Origin: Malacoraja senta
Taxonomy: Eukaryota
Assembly (NCBI GenBank): GCA_038087875.1
Contig: CM075990.1
Span: 15,688,001 to 15,752,000 of the forward strand
DNA length: 64,000 bases
Reading direction: 5' to 3'
Shown here: positions 1 to 12,094 of the stretch, one piece after another
How positions within the stretch are numbered: the stretch's first letter is position 1
Layout: every line of letters begins with the position of its first letter
Notes under the pieces: model-generated
What the model saw: the letters and a program-made list of their open reading frames with translations, nothing else
Databases searched by the model: none
What the model was told of the DNA's origin: nothing
Program-made: the position numbers and the translations under genes

Positions 1-74
1 TCTCCAGCATTTTTGTGTACCTTTGATTTTCCAGCATCTGCAGTTCCTTCTTTAACACTTTAACCCATTAACAT

Positions 75-214
75 CAGTCTGAAGAAGGGTCTCGACTCGA
101 AACGTCACCTATTAACATCAGTCTGAAGAAGGGTCTCGACCTGAAACGTCACCCATTCCTTTTCTCCAGAGATGCTGCCTGTCCCGCTGAGTTACTCCAG
201 CATTTTGTGTCTAA
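75..214 (+). mobile_element. Penelope-like element (PLE) pseudo-LTR fragment with two tandem minimal hammerhead motifs
   Basis: CTGAAGA...GAAACGTC at 79-106 and 123-150 (44-nt period), followed by the usual pLTR body. Flanked by direct repeat cattaacat (66-74 and 215-223). Confidence 0.75.
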
Positions 215-1186
215 CATTAACATGCAGGTAGGCTTTCAGCTTCAGACACCAGATCAGCCACTGGTTGATAGAAATGCAACTTGCCCAGTAACTTAATGAA
301 ATGGTGTTCCTTTAAGTACATTAATTGATGGCTATCAACTAAGCTGAAACAAAAGTGTGAGAGGAAACATGTTGCTTCCTGTGATGGATGGCCAGTTCAC
401 TTCAAACTAATGCATCCCACCGAAAACAATCACATTTGCCGTGTGCCTCAGTCACATCAAATGACGCAGATGTTGTTCTCCGGCTGGTCTGATCAATTTC
501 AGACCTCAGTGAGAGTCGATTTAATGGAACGTTACCATTACCTTTCTCTGAGGAATAAAACGTACTCCAGTCATCTGAAGGCTTCACTGATGAATTTACA
601 GTGTTGGCAGTCGGCAACTCCAACCCAAGGCAACCCTCCACACTTGCACTGTCAAACACCGGCTTCACTGGAATGGTTAATGGGTGTATCAGTTAATGGC
701 TTTGTCAGAATCCTGTTCTGTTTTGGTCTGAAGTGTGTGTATGAGATACTTATATGGCAGTAACATGACAGGTTAACTTACTGTGTCTGTATACTGCGGA
801 CGGTTTGATTGCAATCATGTATAGTCTTTTCACTGACTGGATAGCACGCAACAAACATGCTTTTCACTGTACCTCAGTGCACATGACAGTAATAAATTAA
901 ATCAAACTACTGGACTAGAAGCCAAAGTTCTGAACTAGTGCATCACAGACGAGTTCAAATCCAACCACAGATATTGAGGAGTATAAAGTTAGGTAATTTA
1001 TTAAATCTGGAACTTTAAGTGGCAGGAATGAAGTGACTGGATTTTTCAGAAACATCCATCTGGCGCACTCTATTTGAAAGTCAGCCATCCTGATTGGGTG
1101 TGGCCTATGTTACACCAGACCAATGTGGGCCGACACTGAACCGACTCTCCAAATCATGGCATTGTCACTGACATCCATATTCTGTG

Positions 1187-1314
1187 TAGGAAGGAACTGC
1201 AGATGCTGGTTTAAACCGAAGAATGACACAAAAAGCTGGAGTAACTCAGCGGGTTAGGCAGCATCTCTGGGGAAAAGGAATAGGTGACGTTTCGGTCGAG
1301 ACCCTTCTTCAGAC
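1187..1314 (-). mobile_element. PLE pseudo-LTR copy with hammerhead-like motif
   Basis: Reverse complement reads gtctgaagaagggtctcgaccgaaacgtcacc...gcatctgcagttccttccta, matching the PLE 3' end at 50800-50932. Confidence 0.8.
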
Positions 1315-2128
1315 ACATATTCTTCAGATCACATATTCTGTATTCAGACAGCTAAAAACATTGGAACCCAGGTCAGAGCAGCATGGAAATAAAAGACCGA
1401 ATGTCCGTAAATCTTAAGACCCTGGTGAATCCTCAGCTTCCCATCCCCACTAGATGCCATGTCTCTTTATGCCAGGAACAAACCATCCAAACTCTTCAGC
1501 TTCACATGTGGCCAAAGGAGCATGTTTTTTTATTATCACTGAGGATATTTGCTTCAAATCGTAGCCTGGGTTGGTTGCTAAGAGATTGGCCCTCGCTGCT
1601 GAAAGTGAAGGAAGTATCTAGTGCTCTCTGTCACCTGGACATCCCCTCCTCAAATGTTGATCAGATGCCAGACATCTGTTCAAGGAAAGCCCTGGCAGTG
1701 GCGTCTGAACAATGTTAGCTGATTAGCCGATCAAACTGAAGAGTTCTCACAGAGAGCAAACCAGAAATAGAAAATCACAAATAAAGCCAAATCACGACAA
1801 GAACATACTCAGTGTAAAGATAGAAGATTGTAGTGTGTTCAAGGTTCTCCTGAACAGGCCTGTCAAACTGAGGATTATCATCACCCATTTGCTTAAGTAA
1901 ACACAACCATTATTTGTAACAAAAGGATCCTGACCCGAAACGTTGCCAATCCATTCCCTCCACATTATTCCCTTTATCATGCATCTGTTCACTGTGAATG
2001 GCTGGATTGTAATCATGTATTGCCTTTCCGCTGACTGGTTAGCACGCAACAACAGCTTTTCACTGTACCTCGGTACAATTGACAATAAGCAAAACTAAAC
2101 ACAGATCCCGCTGAGTTACTCCAGCTCT

Positions 2129-2182
2129 GGGGTGGGAGATTGCAACCTTCATGTGGTCCACCCTGTTTTGACGAATGCAATC
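2129..2182 (+). ncRNA. Predicted minimal HDV-like self-cleaving ribozyme
   Basis: P1 ggggtgg 2129-2135 / ccaccct 2158-2164 (G1-U wobble). P2 gattgca 2138-2144 / tgcaatc 2176-2182. P3 acc/ggt, L3 ttcatgt, G2165 for P1.1, J4/2 cgaa with candidate catalytic C2172. Confidence 0.8.
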
Positions 2183-2273
2183 AACCTGGCGTGCACAAAC
2201 AGAAGATCAAACAGAACAAGTTGTCTTACAACTATAGGCTGTGCACGCCAAACACAAGAAGAAGAAGAAGAAG
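2129..2273 (+). mobile_element. Short non-autonomous retroposon with HDV-like ribozyme head and (AAG)n tail, copy 1
   Basis: 11-bp TSD actccagctct (2118-2128, 2274-2284) and (aag)6 tail. Homologous to 6365-6501 and 36655-36791. Inserted into a PLE pLTR fragment. Confidence 0.9.
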
Positions 2274-3473
2274 ACTCCAGCTCTTTGTGATTTACTCAAG
2301 GTTTCAGCATCCGTAGTTCCTTGTGTCTCCCTTTTATTTATTTATTCAGAATTCTATCAAACTGCAAGTGTGGCACCAAATACAAGAGTGTAAGAAACAG
2401 GACCAGGTCACACTACCCGTCAAGCCTGCCCTGTTGTTCATCAGCATATTCAGCGATCATCTTCCTCAACACCATCTCCCAGCATCACTCTCATAACCCA
2501 CTATGCCCAGGTATCCACTACTGTCGGTTATGAATGAATGACCGAGTTTGCATTGTCCTCCGGGCTAGATAATTCCAGAGGGAGAGACAGATACTGAGCA
2601 GCACCCAAAATACTGGAGGAACTCATCAATGTGTAGAAGGGTCCCGACCCAAAACAACAGCAGTCTGGAGAAGAGTCCCGACCCCAAACATCATCAGTCG
2701 GTAGAAGGGTCCCGACCCAAAACGTCGCCTGTCCATTCCTTCCACAGATGCCACCTGACCCACTAAGTTTCTCCTGTACTTTGTGTTCTGGTCGACATAA
2801 CTCTACAGGCTCACCATCCAAGTGAAGACATTTCTTCTCATCTTATTCCTCAACAGCCTATCCCTCATCATCTATTTGTACACCCAGTCCTAGACTTCCC
2901 AGACAGAGAACCCCCCCCCTGTGACCAGCTTGTCAACCCTTGAATTTACAGCAGCAATTCCAGAATCTTGGAAGAGCATCTACTGAAGCCATCTCTTGCA
3001 AAGCTCTGGGATATACATCCTTGGTATTTATCAACCTTCAAGCTTTTCAACATCTTCAGCAATATTTTGTTACAAATACTAAGCTCATTATCACTGCTCC
3101 ATTGATTCTCTTATATATCTGGAAGATATTTGTGCCTCCTTCCATGAAAGCTTACACAAAATAACTGTGTGATTTCTCTATCATTTCTTTATTCCTCTTA
3201 TAAATTCACCTGCACCAAAGATGCCAAATTTACCCTCTCTAGACCTATTCTTGTTACAGATCTATCAAAGCTCTCACAGTCTGTTTTTATGTTTCCCACA
3301 AGTCTACTTTAATGTTCTTTCTTCCTCAGTTACTTGATCCTTCTCTGCTAATGTCTAAAATATTGTCCAAACCCAGGCCTTTTTGTATTTCTGACAACTC
3401 TACAAGCCTTTACTTTTGATGTAATACTACCTTTAATTTCACAGGTCAGCCACAGAAAATTACTTTTCCTTTG

Positions 3474-3898
3474 TTTTAGCTTTAGAGATACAGCATGGAA
3501 ACAGGCCCTTCAGCATACCAAGTCCACGCCGACCAGCAATCACTCTTACACTAGTTCTATCCTGCACACTAGTGACAATTTACAGAAGCCAATTAACCTA
3601 CAGACCTGCACGTTGTTGGAATATGGGATGAAACCAGAGCACCCGGAGAACAGGGAGAACGTGGTCACAGGGAGAACGTTCAAACTCTGTACAGACTAGA
3701 TCCAGTCAGGAAGAAGGATTTCGGCCCGAAACGTTGCCTATTTCCTTCGCTCCATAGATGCTGCTGCACCTGCTGAGTTTCTCCAGTACTTTTGTCTACC
3801 TTCGATTTTCCATCATCTGCAGTTCCTTCTTAAACACAGGATTGAACACGGGTCTCTGGCCCTGTAAGGCAGCAACTCTACCGCTGCACCACTTTGCC
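3474..3898 (-). mobile_element. HE1-like tRNA-derived V-SINE interrupted by a PLE pLTR (~3710-3836)
   Basis: Reverse complement of the SINE at 52565-52878, with a pLTR subfamily-B insert (gaaacgttgcctatttccttcgctcc). Confidence 0.8.
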
Positions 3899-5344
3899 TT
3901 TTATGCTCTACATGCTAACAAATGCCTGGCCTAATTTCCTTTAAACATATGCTCTCAATCACTCTCAACCCACTTTCCTCTCTTACCTTAATTCCCGTTC
4001 CTTAGACTTCAGACCTTAGTTTCACATCATCCAATCTTTGAATTGATTATTTTGTATTTATGGTCATGGTCCCCAAAAGGCCTCTTGTTAACAAGAGTGT
4101 CAATCAATGCTTCCACATTGCACAAAGAGAGACGTGAAATAGCTTTTTCCCCAGTTGGTTCTTCAACATATCAGTCTGGATCAGTGTCCCCAATGCATTC
4201 ATGATTTTTATTTCCAGCATATTTGATTTTTTTGGTGTGTACATGAATTGAAGTCCTCCACAATTCCTGCATTATCCCTAGACATGCACACCTAATTTGC
4301 TGATTGATACCATGACCAATATTATTCAGTGGCCAATAAAAAACTCCTACAAATGTTTTCTGTCCATTGCTGTTTCTTAGCTCAATCCAAATTGTCAAGA
4401 TGATTTCTCACCATTACACCAGCCTTCTCTCTTATTAAAAGTGTTACACTCTACCCACCCCCTGTTCCTATCTACCTGTCCTTCCTCATTGTCAAATATC
4501 CTGGAATTTTTAGTTCCAAGTTTTGTTCATTCTGCATCGATGTTCCCATATTGGTAATTAGATCACACCCAGTCTGAAGAAGGGTTCCGACCTGAAACAT
4601 CACCTGTTCTTTTCCTCCAGAGTTGCTGCCTGACCCACTGAGTTACAGCTTTTTGTGTCTCCCTTCACACCCATTTAGTTCTTTTTATACCATTAATTCA
4701 TCTACTTTGTTGAGAATGCTGTGAGCATTCATAGAGAGTGTTTTTCATTTCATGATTTGAACATTTCATTGTACTTCACCAATTTTGGTTGCTTGACCTT
4801 GTTTCTGCTGTTTCACTTCTTCATAAGGTCATAATTGATAGGAGCAGAATTAGGCCATTTGGCCCATCAATACTCCGCCATTCAATCATGGCTGATCTAT
4901 CTCTCCCTCCTAACCCTATTCGCCTACCTTCTTCCCTCATAATCTATAAGATCATAAGTGATAGGAGCAGAATTAGGATTCCTTTTCCCATTACCCATTT
5001 GCTTTGTCTATCACCTCACCAGGTTCTATTTGTGGTTACCTTTCCCCAGCCAAGTGCATTTAAGCACTCCCTTATAGTCCAGGCAAACCCCATCCCTCCG
5101 GGAAAACCCCATCACTCTGCTCTTGTGTGACTATTCCGATTTGTAAATTGTCCCATCTGCCCCAGATATGGTTCTGTGCTTCCAAAGTCTCCACCCTCTC
5201 TCCTTCTTCAGACCTATTTCCTCACTCGTGGTCTTGCAAGTTATTCTCCCTTGAACTGCTTCTGAAATTCTCTGTTGAAAGCATTGATTGACTGTTTCCA
5301 TCTCCCCTGGAAACAGTGAAGTCCAGAAATGTAACTGCACTGTG

Positions 5345-5711
5345 CAGTTGTGCCGTACAGCACCAGAGACCCGGGTTTGATCCTGACTATGGGTGCTGTC
5401 TGTATGGTATGTGTACGTTCTCCCCGTGACCTGTGTGGGTCAGTTGCCCAGTGCCCCAGTTACCTCCCACTCTCCAAAGACGTATAGGTTTGAAGGCTAG
5501 ACACAAAATGCTGGAGTAACTCAGCTGGACAGGCAGCATCGATGGAGAGAAGCAATGGGTGACGTTTTGGGTCGAGACCCTTCTTCAGACCCGTTTGTAG
5601 GTTTGTAGGCTAATTGCTTTGGTAAAATTGTAAATTGTCTCTAGTGTGTGTGGGGTAGTGTTAGCGTGCAGGGATCGTTTCCACGCTGTATCTCTGAACT
5701 AAACTAAACTG
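5345..5711 (+). mobile_element. HE1-like V-SINE interrupted by a minus-strand PLE pLTR (~5499-5590)
   Basis: V-domain-like gttctccccgtgacctgtgtggg and (ctaaa)n tail. Confidence 0.8.
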
Positions 5712-6364
5712 AAAGATCCCCCTCAACTCCTCTTGGCATTGTTTAAAACTTTGCCTTCGAAAAGTGAACCAGCGGATAAAGCAATCTGATGGGATGATGC
5801 AGGAACCGTCGATTCCAGTCTCTCTTCATCTAAACCAGCCACAATCTGGTACATCAGTCTCAGCTTGTAAAAACTGAAATTCTACTTTGGAGATTAAAAA
5901 TGTAAATTAAACTATTTCCTCTGTTCAATCATCTATTGTGACTTTAATATATGCAAAGTACAGAATAAATGCATGCGGGTTCAACAATACATTTTCAAAG
6001 ATTCTGTGAATCAAGCAAGTAATGCGATTGGCTTTGTGAATTGAATTTCTATCACCTGACATTGTCATCGATTAATGGAAGATGGAAATTGAACAACCCA
6101 ATTAAAAAGGGACTACAGTGCCAAGAATAATTGATCTTGGTCCATTGAAAAAGATATTAGCCGCATTCTGTTGGATCACACGACCCATCCATCACCAAAG
6201 CAGCTCTGAATTTGGTTCCTTAGTCTGCACTTACTCAACCAGGGTAGAGGGCACTATAGTTGTCCTCAGTACCCTTTGAAGGAAGGGTTGAAGTAACATT
6301 CATCCAGTTCTATACAAACCAGCAAGTAGTGACTCTTGCTAAACCATCCATTCATTACAGATGG

Positions 6365-6501
6365 GCTTGGGGAGATTGCAACCTTCACGTGGTCCGCCCT
6401 GTTTCAACTAATGCAATCAACCCGACGTGCACAAGCAAGATCAAATAGAACAAGTTGACCTACAACTTTAGGCTGTGCACGCTATACGCAAGAAGAAGAA
6501 G
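6365..6501 (+). mobile_element. HDV-ribozyme-headed short retroposon, copy 2 (5' P1 strand degraded)
   Basis: gattgca-acc-ttcacgt-ggt-ccgccct-g-tttcaa-ctaa-tgcaatc at 6374-6418, (aag)4 tail, TSD att(a/g)cagatgg 6354-6364 and 6502-6512. Confidence 0.88.
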
Positions 6502-6714
6502 ATTGCAGATGGATCAAAATTGTGGAATAGTCAATCCCGTAGCATTGAGGGAAAGCCTTCACTGTACAGAATTGCAGTGGGTCGAGATGGCATCTCCCCA
6601 AGTTCACTTCAGATGGCTACCCTGCTCTGGTGATGCCAGTGTCTCGTGAACAGACAGAAGTTCAACAAACCATGGGATTCACAATAACACAGCCTGACCA
6701 CATTCCTCAGGTAA

Positions 6715-6846
6715 AATGCAATGCCACCACCAGTCACCTCTTCCCATCCCCACCCTTTCTGGTTTCCGCAGAGAACCTCCCTCCACAACTCCTTGGTTGA
6801 CTCATCTCTTTCTGCCCAAACCGTTCCCTCGCCGGGTACATTCCCC
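6715..6846 (+). mobile_element. Degenerate Penelope-like ORF fragment (linker before GIY-YIG)
   Basis: Translates, with a frameshift, to TTSHLFPSPP...SLHNSLVDSSLSAQTVPSPGTFP, which resembles vertebrate PLE proteins. Confidence 0.6.
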
Positions 6847-7300
6847 AGAGACCCGGGATCGATCCTGACTACGGGTGCTGTTTGTACGGAGTTTGAATGT
6901 TCTCCCCGTGACCTGCGTGGGTTTTCTCCAGGTGCTCCGGTTTCCTCCCACACTCCAGGTTTTAGGTTAGTTGGCTTGTAAATAAGCAACTTACACAATC
7001 TGGAGTTCAAAGTCATCTTTAATCTGTACACATTGTATAGCGGTACAGCAGGTTGTTAGTTGTTTGTTCATCGTTACCGCTTCCAAGTCTGACCAGTGTA
7101 GGAAGTGGGTGTTAGTATAAAGCATACAGTAAGGGGGGGTTAGTGATGCTATTTCTACTATGATTGGTTCACATGCAATAACCAATCTACAGCTTGATAG
7201 AAGATGTAAATTGTCCCAAATGTTAATGTCGCTGGTCGGGTCGGACACGGTGGGCCAAAGGGCCTGTTTCCGCGCTGTATCTCTGAACTGAACTGAGCTG
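6847..7300 (+). mobile_element. HE1-like V-SINE with an unrelated ~220-bp insert (6984-7204)
   Basis: SINE body 6847-6983 resumes at 7205 (tgtaaattgtccc) and ends in (ctgaa)n. Confidence 0.75.
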
Positions 7301-8027
7301 AACCTCCTCCATTACCTCCATCCACAGAAGATTCCATCATTTGCAGTTTTGGGTATCAACATTTTCTTTAGTCAGCTGATGAATCTAAACCTAAGTTTCT
7401 GCTCCCTGAGAATCATGAATATACAAATGTGGTTTAAAATTTACCACTCGGCCTGACACCATTGCAAGTTAAAAATGTATCCCAGCTCTGTAAGGCTGGT
7501 TGCGGGCTGAAGATGCAACATCACTTGCCTTAACATTAGAGAAATGCGGAAGGTTTCAATTGTAAGTGATGTCACTGCATTTGGCCGCACCAGAACTGCG
7601 ATGATTGCAGCTTTTTATCTGTCAATGTGATGTTTGCTTTTCTAGATGAATACTCTGTGGTCCGTGACAAGAAAGCAACGGAACTGATGGATGATGGAAA
7701 CCAGCAATTACTCGAGAACGTGGCACCTCCAATGATTCTCCAGTTGTAAATGAGTGCTACAATCAGTGGGAAACTGGTTCAAGGTTCACATTTATTTGTT
7801 ACATGCACCAATTAAGGTACAGTGAAATGAGTTACCATGCAGCCATACAATTAAAAAGAACACAACACACAATAGAATTTAACATAAACATCCACCACAG
7901 CATTCTTCACTGTGATGGAAGGCAATAAAGTTCAGTCAGTCTTCCTCCTTTGTTCACCCGTAGTCGGGGACCTTGACCCTCCGTAGTTGCCGCTGCGGAC
8001 GGCCTGATGTGCAAGACCTCTCGACGG

Positions 8028-8436
8028 CAAAGATCCTATAGCAAGCAAGATAGTTCACTCGACGAAAAAAATGTAGTACGGTCATGGGCAGATTCATGGG
8101 TAATTTAAGGCCCCATTTCCGTAACCGGCTTCCGTCTCCCGTCTCCGCGCCAAAGATCCCATAGGATTATAGTGCGGAGACGGAAGCCGGTTACGGACAC
8201 ATCCTCGTAAAAATAAAAGTTATTTGGTAAAAATCTTCTCATTTTCAGAATTTTAATTTATTAACACAAACTGTTCCCCCGCAACGTTGATTACACTGCG
8301 AGTCGGGTCGGGTCGGGTCGGGTCCGGTTACGGAAATGGATGAAAAAAAGGCCCACGTTCCGCTCCGTTGCGTACTACACGTCAGCCCATTGCATTTAGC
8401 TGGAGTGGTCTATCTTGCTCCGCTATAGGATCTTTG
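8028..8436. mobile_element. Non-autonomous hAT-type DNA transposon (MITE)
   Basis: ~33-bp imperfect TIRs caaagatcctatagc-aagcaagatag / ctatcttgctccgctataggatctttg and a perfect 8-bp TSD ctcgacgg (8020-8027, 8437-8444). Confidence 0.88.
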
Positions 8437-9124
8437 CTCGACGGGATGATCGAAGCTCCGACATCGGGACAGATCGAACGCACTCGTGGGTTGGAGTTCC
8501 CGAATTGGCCACTTCCTTACCGGAGACCGTGGCTTCAGGATGTTAAAATGGCATCGGTGTGAATGGGTGCTTCTTGGTCAGTGCAAACTCAGTGGGTTGC
8601 TGGCGTTTTTGTCTCTGTGATTCCGTGATTTTGTTGTTGATCATAAATCCCAGGGAATGATCTAAAACACATTCTACCAGCCCTGAATGGCATGTGTTCA
8701 CAGAATTACGATTGGAATACAGGCACCAACAGGTTCAACAGCAAACAAACTAGAAGGTCAGCAAGTCATTTACAGTAACACACTGCTCATCAAATTAACG
8801 TACCAGCTGAAGAAGAATTATACTGCACGCACATGTACATGGATGAATAGCAGTGAGTTACAACTATAATTTAATTGAAGGTTTAAGTTACATCAAACTT
8901 TAAGCAGTTCAGTCTACATTTAATATTAAAGGAAGTATTAAAAACAAAGTGACTCGGTAGATCAGGCAACATCTCTGGAGAACATGGATAGGCGGACTCT
9001 TCCTGAAACGTCTCCACTCCATGTCTTGCAGAGATGCTGGCTGACTCCTGCAGTGTTACTCCGTCACTTTGTGCTTCTTTAGTAAACCAGCATCTGCAGT
9101 TCCTTGTGTCTAAAGGGAGTATTA

Positions 9125-9348
9125 AGGGCCTGTCCCACTTGGCAATTTTTTCGGCGACTCCCGGCATCGTATCAGTGTCGCCAGCAGCGAGAAAAAAATG
9201 TCGCAACACTTGAAATAACATCGCACGTCTAACGTCAGCATGCCGCGTCACCACCGCGTCACGCCGCATCACGTGATTTTCGATGACCTGATACGTCAGT
9301 CAATGATGCCGGCAGTCGCCTAAAACATCGGCAAGTGGGACAGGCCCT
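9125..9348. mobile_element. PIF/Harbinger-type MITE, internal type 1
   Basis: TIR agggcctgtcccacttg / caagtgggacaggccct, TSD tta on both sides. Confidence 0.88.
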
Positions 9349-10576
9349 TTAGATTAGCTTTGAAATACAATGTTTGAAAATCTGCCACCAAACTTACTCA
9401 GTTACATTCCTGCACTGCAATTCTCACCACTTGCATATAATATGGTGGAAGAGTACAGTGGAGGAATAGGCTCCTCAGCCAAAAAAAGTCTATGCCCAAC
9501 ATGGTGTCATGTCAACCTTAACCGCCACTGCCGAATCCATGTACGTGATCCATATCCCTCCATTCCCAATGATTAGGACGGGTGTCAGGAGTTATGGGGA
9601 GAAGGCAAGAGAATGGGGTCAGCCATGATGGAATGGCAGAGTAGACTTGATGGGCTAAATGGCCAAATTCTACTCCGATCACATGAACTTATGAACTCAA
9701 ACCCTATAGGAAGAGCAGCTGAACGAAAGCAGAGCTGTTTTAAAATCTTGCATAAATGAGCGTTCCATGCACATGCCATGGACTATTTCCAAGTACATTT
9801 TAACACGCGAGTCAGTTCAGGCTTTTGCACTGCAGATTTGCTTATGTAATGGAAAGTCTGCTGTTGGAATGATGTGTGTAGCCAGTAGCAAGTGGAGAGT
9901 CTAGAGTGTAAAGTACAGAGGCATCTTCAGATCAGATCAATAGATTAATTGCACCAATCTCCAGTGACATTACGTGTGGCGGATCAGATGACTGATTACT
10001 CTGTAGCGCTGGAAGAACGATGTGGGCCAATGGCTAATGTATAATTCTGCTGCTGACTGTCACCTGGCACATCTTTTTAAAGTCGCAAAGCTTCTCCTGC
10101 TGCAAGTCAAGATGAGGCCAACTGTTCTTTATTGCCGTGAAATCATTCAGGGATCAGTTGGGCTTTTTTTTTTTGTCAATAACATTTCAGCATGGAAGAG
10201 TCGAACGCATTTAATTTCCATTAGCAAATCCCACGAGATGCTGACCGCTGCGATTTGCCGCTCCCATAACGACACGGGTGCGATGCAACTTCATAGAAAC
10301 ATAGAAACATAGAAAATAGGTGCAGGAGGAGGCCGTTCGGCCCTTCGAGCCAGCACCGCCATTCATTGTGATCATGGCTGATCGTCCCCAATCAATAACC
10401 CGTGCCTGCCTTTTCCCCTTCATGTATCATGCATTATGACGGCCATGGACTTACACTGCCAATAAGAAATTAAATTGTCAAATACAAGGGACCATGAGAT
10501 TTTGTTTTACTGTTGCTGGGAAGTCCTGTTGAACAACGGTGTCTATTTAAATAAAGGAGCATCAGTCAATAGAGGG

Positions 10577-10760
10577 CCAAAATGCTGGAGTAACTCAGCA
10601 GGATGGGCAGCATCTCTGGAGAGAAGGAATGGGTGACATTTCGGGTCAAGACACTTCTCTCATCACCCATTCCTTCTCTGCTGAGATGCTGCCTGACAAG
10701 TTAAGTTACTCCAGCATTTTGTGTCTATTTTGGTGTAAACCAGCAACGCAGTTCCTTCCG
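10577..10760. mobile_element. Inverted pair of PLE pLTR fragments
   Basis: aaaatgctggagtaactcagc... facing ...gttactccagcattttgtgtc. Confidence 0.75.
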
Positions 10761-11221
10761 ATACAATACAGAGGTCCATATCCTGTTATTGAACTCTAGT
10801 AATTCTGAATAGAGTCGCTAAGGATTTATTAGATGAATGGCAGTGTGGTCAGGACCAGAATTGTTTCATTTCCTTACTTATTAGATCTGGGCATTGCCTT
10901 TCCCAAATGGCTGTTGAGAAGATGGGGGCGAGGTGCCTTGTTCAACCTCTCCAGTCCATCCAGTGAAGATGTACATGAGCATCCAGAAACAGACCACCCT
11001 CACTTACCAACAGATTGGGAACTCATTTGTTTGTTCCACAGCTGGAGACCACTTGGAGACCAGCAGCACAACGCAGCCTGGCTGAGATTGCACAGCATTA
11101 CAGTGGGAGCCCCTGTACTAACTGACCTGATGCAGATCCAAGGCTCCATCGATCTTAACACCACTTATAGACCTGATAACTAGGATGTAAAGGGGAAAGT
11201 TAACCTACTCATAACCAAAAA

Positions 11222-11682
11222 TGAGTAGGTTAACCTATGATGAGCGTTTGTCGGCACTGGGCCTGTACTCGATGGAGTTTAGAAGAATGAGGGGGGACCT
11301 CATTGAAACATACACAATAGTGAAAGACTTGGATAGAGTGGATGTGGAGAGGATGTTTCCACTGGTGGGAGAGTCTAGGACTAGAGGTCATAGCCGCAGA
11401 ATTAAAGGACGTTCTTTTAGGAAGGAGATGACGAGAAATTTCTTTAGTCAGATGGTGGTGAATCTGTGGAATTCTTTGCCACAGAAGGCTATGGAGGCCA
11501 AATCTGTGATTAATTTTAAGGCAGAGATAAATAGATTCTTGATTAGTACAGCTGTCAGTGGTTGTGAGGAGAAGGCAGGAGAATGGGGTTAGGAGGGAGA
11601 GATAGAACAGCCATGAATGAATGGCGGAGTAGACTTGATGGGCCGAATGGCCTAATTCTACTCCTATCACTTATGACCTTAT
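11222..11682 (+). mobile_element. CR1-clade LINE 3' fragment (ORF2 C-terminus and 3' UTR)
   Basis: [26 protein letters not shown]...RTRGHS...FFSQMVVNLWNSLP; tail cttatgaccttatg. Confidence 0.9.
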
Positions 11683-11776
11683 GTCCGAAATAAATACTTT
11701 AGAACATAGAACACCACAGCACAGAAACAGGCCCTTTGTCGCACAATGTCTGTGCCTAACATGATGCCAAGACTAA

Positions 11777-12094
11777 AGGGCCTGTCCCACGGTACGAGGT
11801 AATTCAAGAGCTCTCCCGAGTTTAAAAAAAATCAAACTCGTGGTAAGCACGTAGACTGTACGTAGCGGGTACGTCGGAGCTCGGGACGTCTCTTAGCGGC
11901 TCGTAACGCTAACGGCAGGTACTCGAGAAACGCTGTAAGCTCGGGAAGACTCGTGAAGATTTTTCAACATGTTTGAAAAATGTCCACGAGAGCCCCGAGT
12001 ACCCACGAGCGGCTATTACCCGTAATTCTCCGAGTTCGAATCAGGGGAAACTCGGGAGAACTCTTGAATTGGCTCGTACAGTGGGACAGGCCCT
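11777..12094. mobile_element. PIF/Harbinger-type MITE, internal type 2, nested in an old minus-strand CR1 tail
   Basis: TIR agggcctgtcccac extended by a ~35-bp subterminal inverted repeat (gtacgag..aattcaagag.tctcccgagttt). TSD is imperfect. Confidence 0.82.

Noticed and set aside
7646..7749. Possible plus-strand exon after tttgcttttctag (DEYSVVRDKKATELMDDGNQQLLENVAPPMILQL)
   Set aside because: Good acceptor but weak donor, no recognisable protein and no partner exons.
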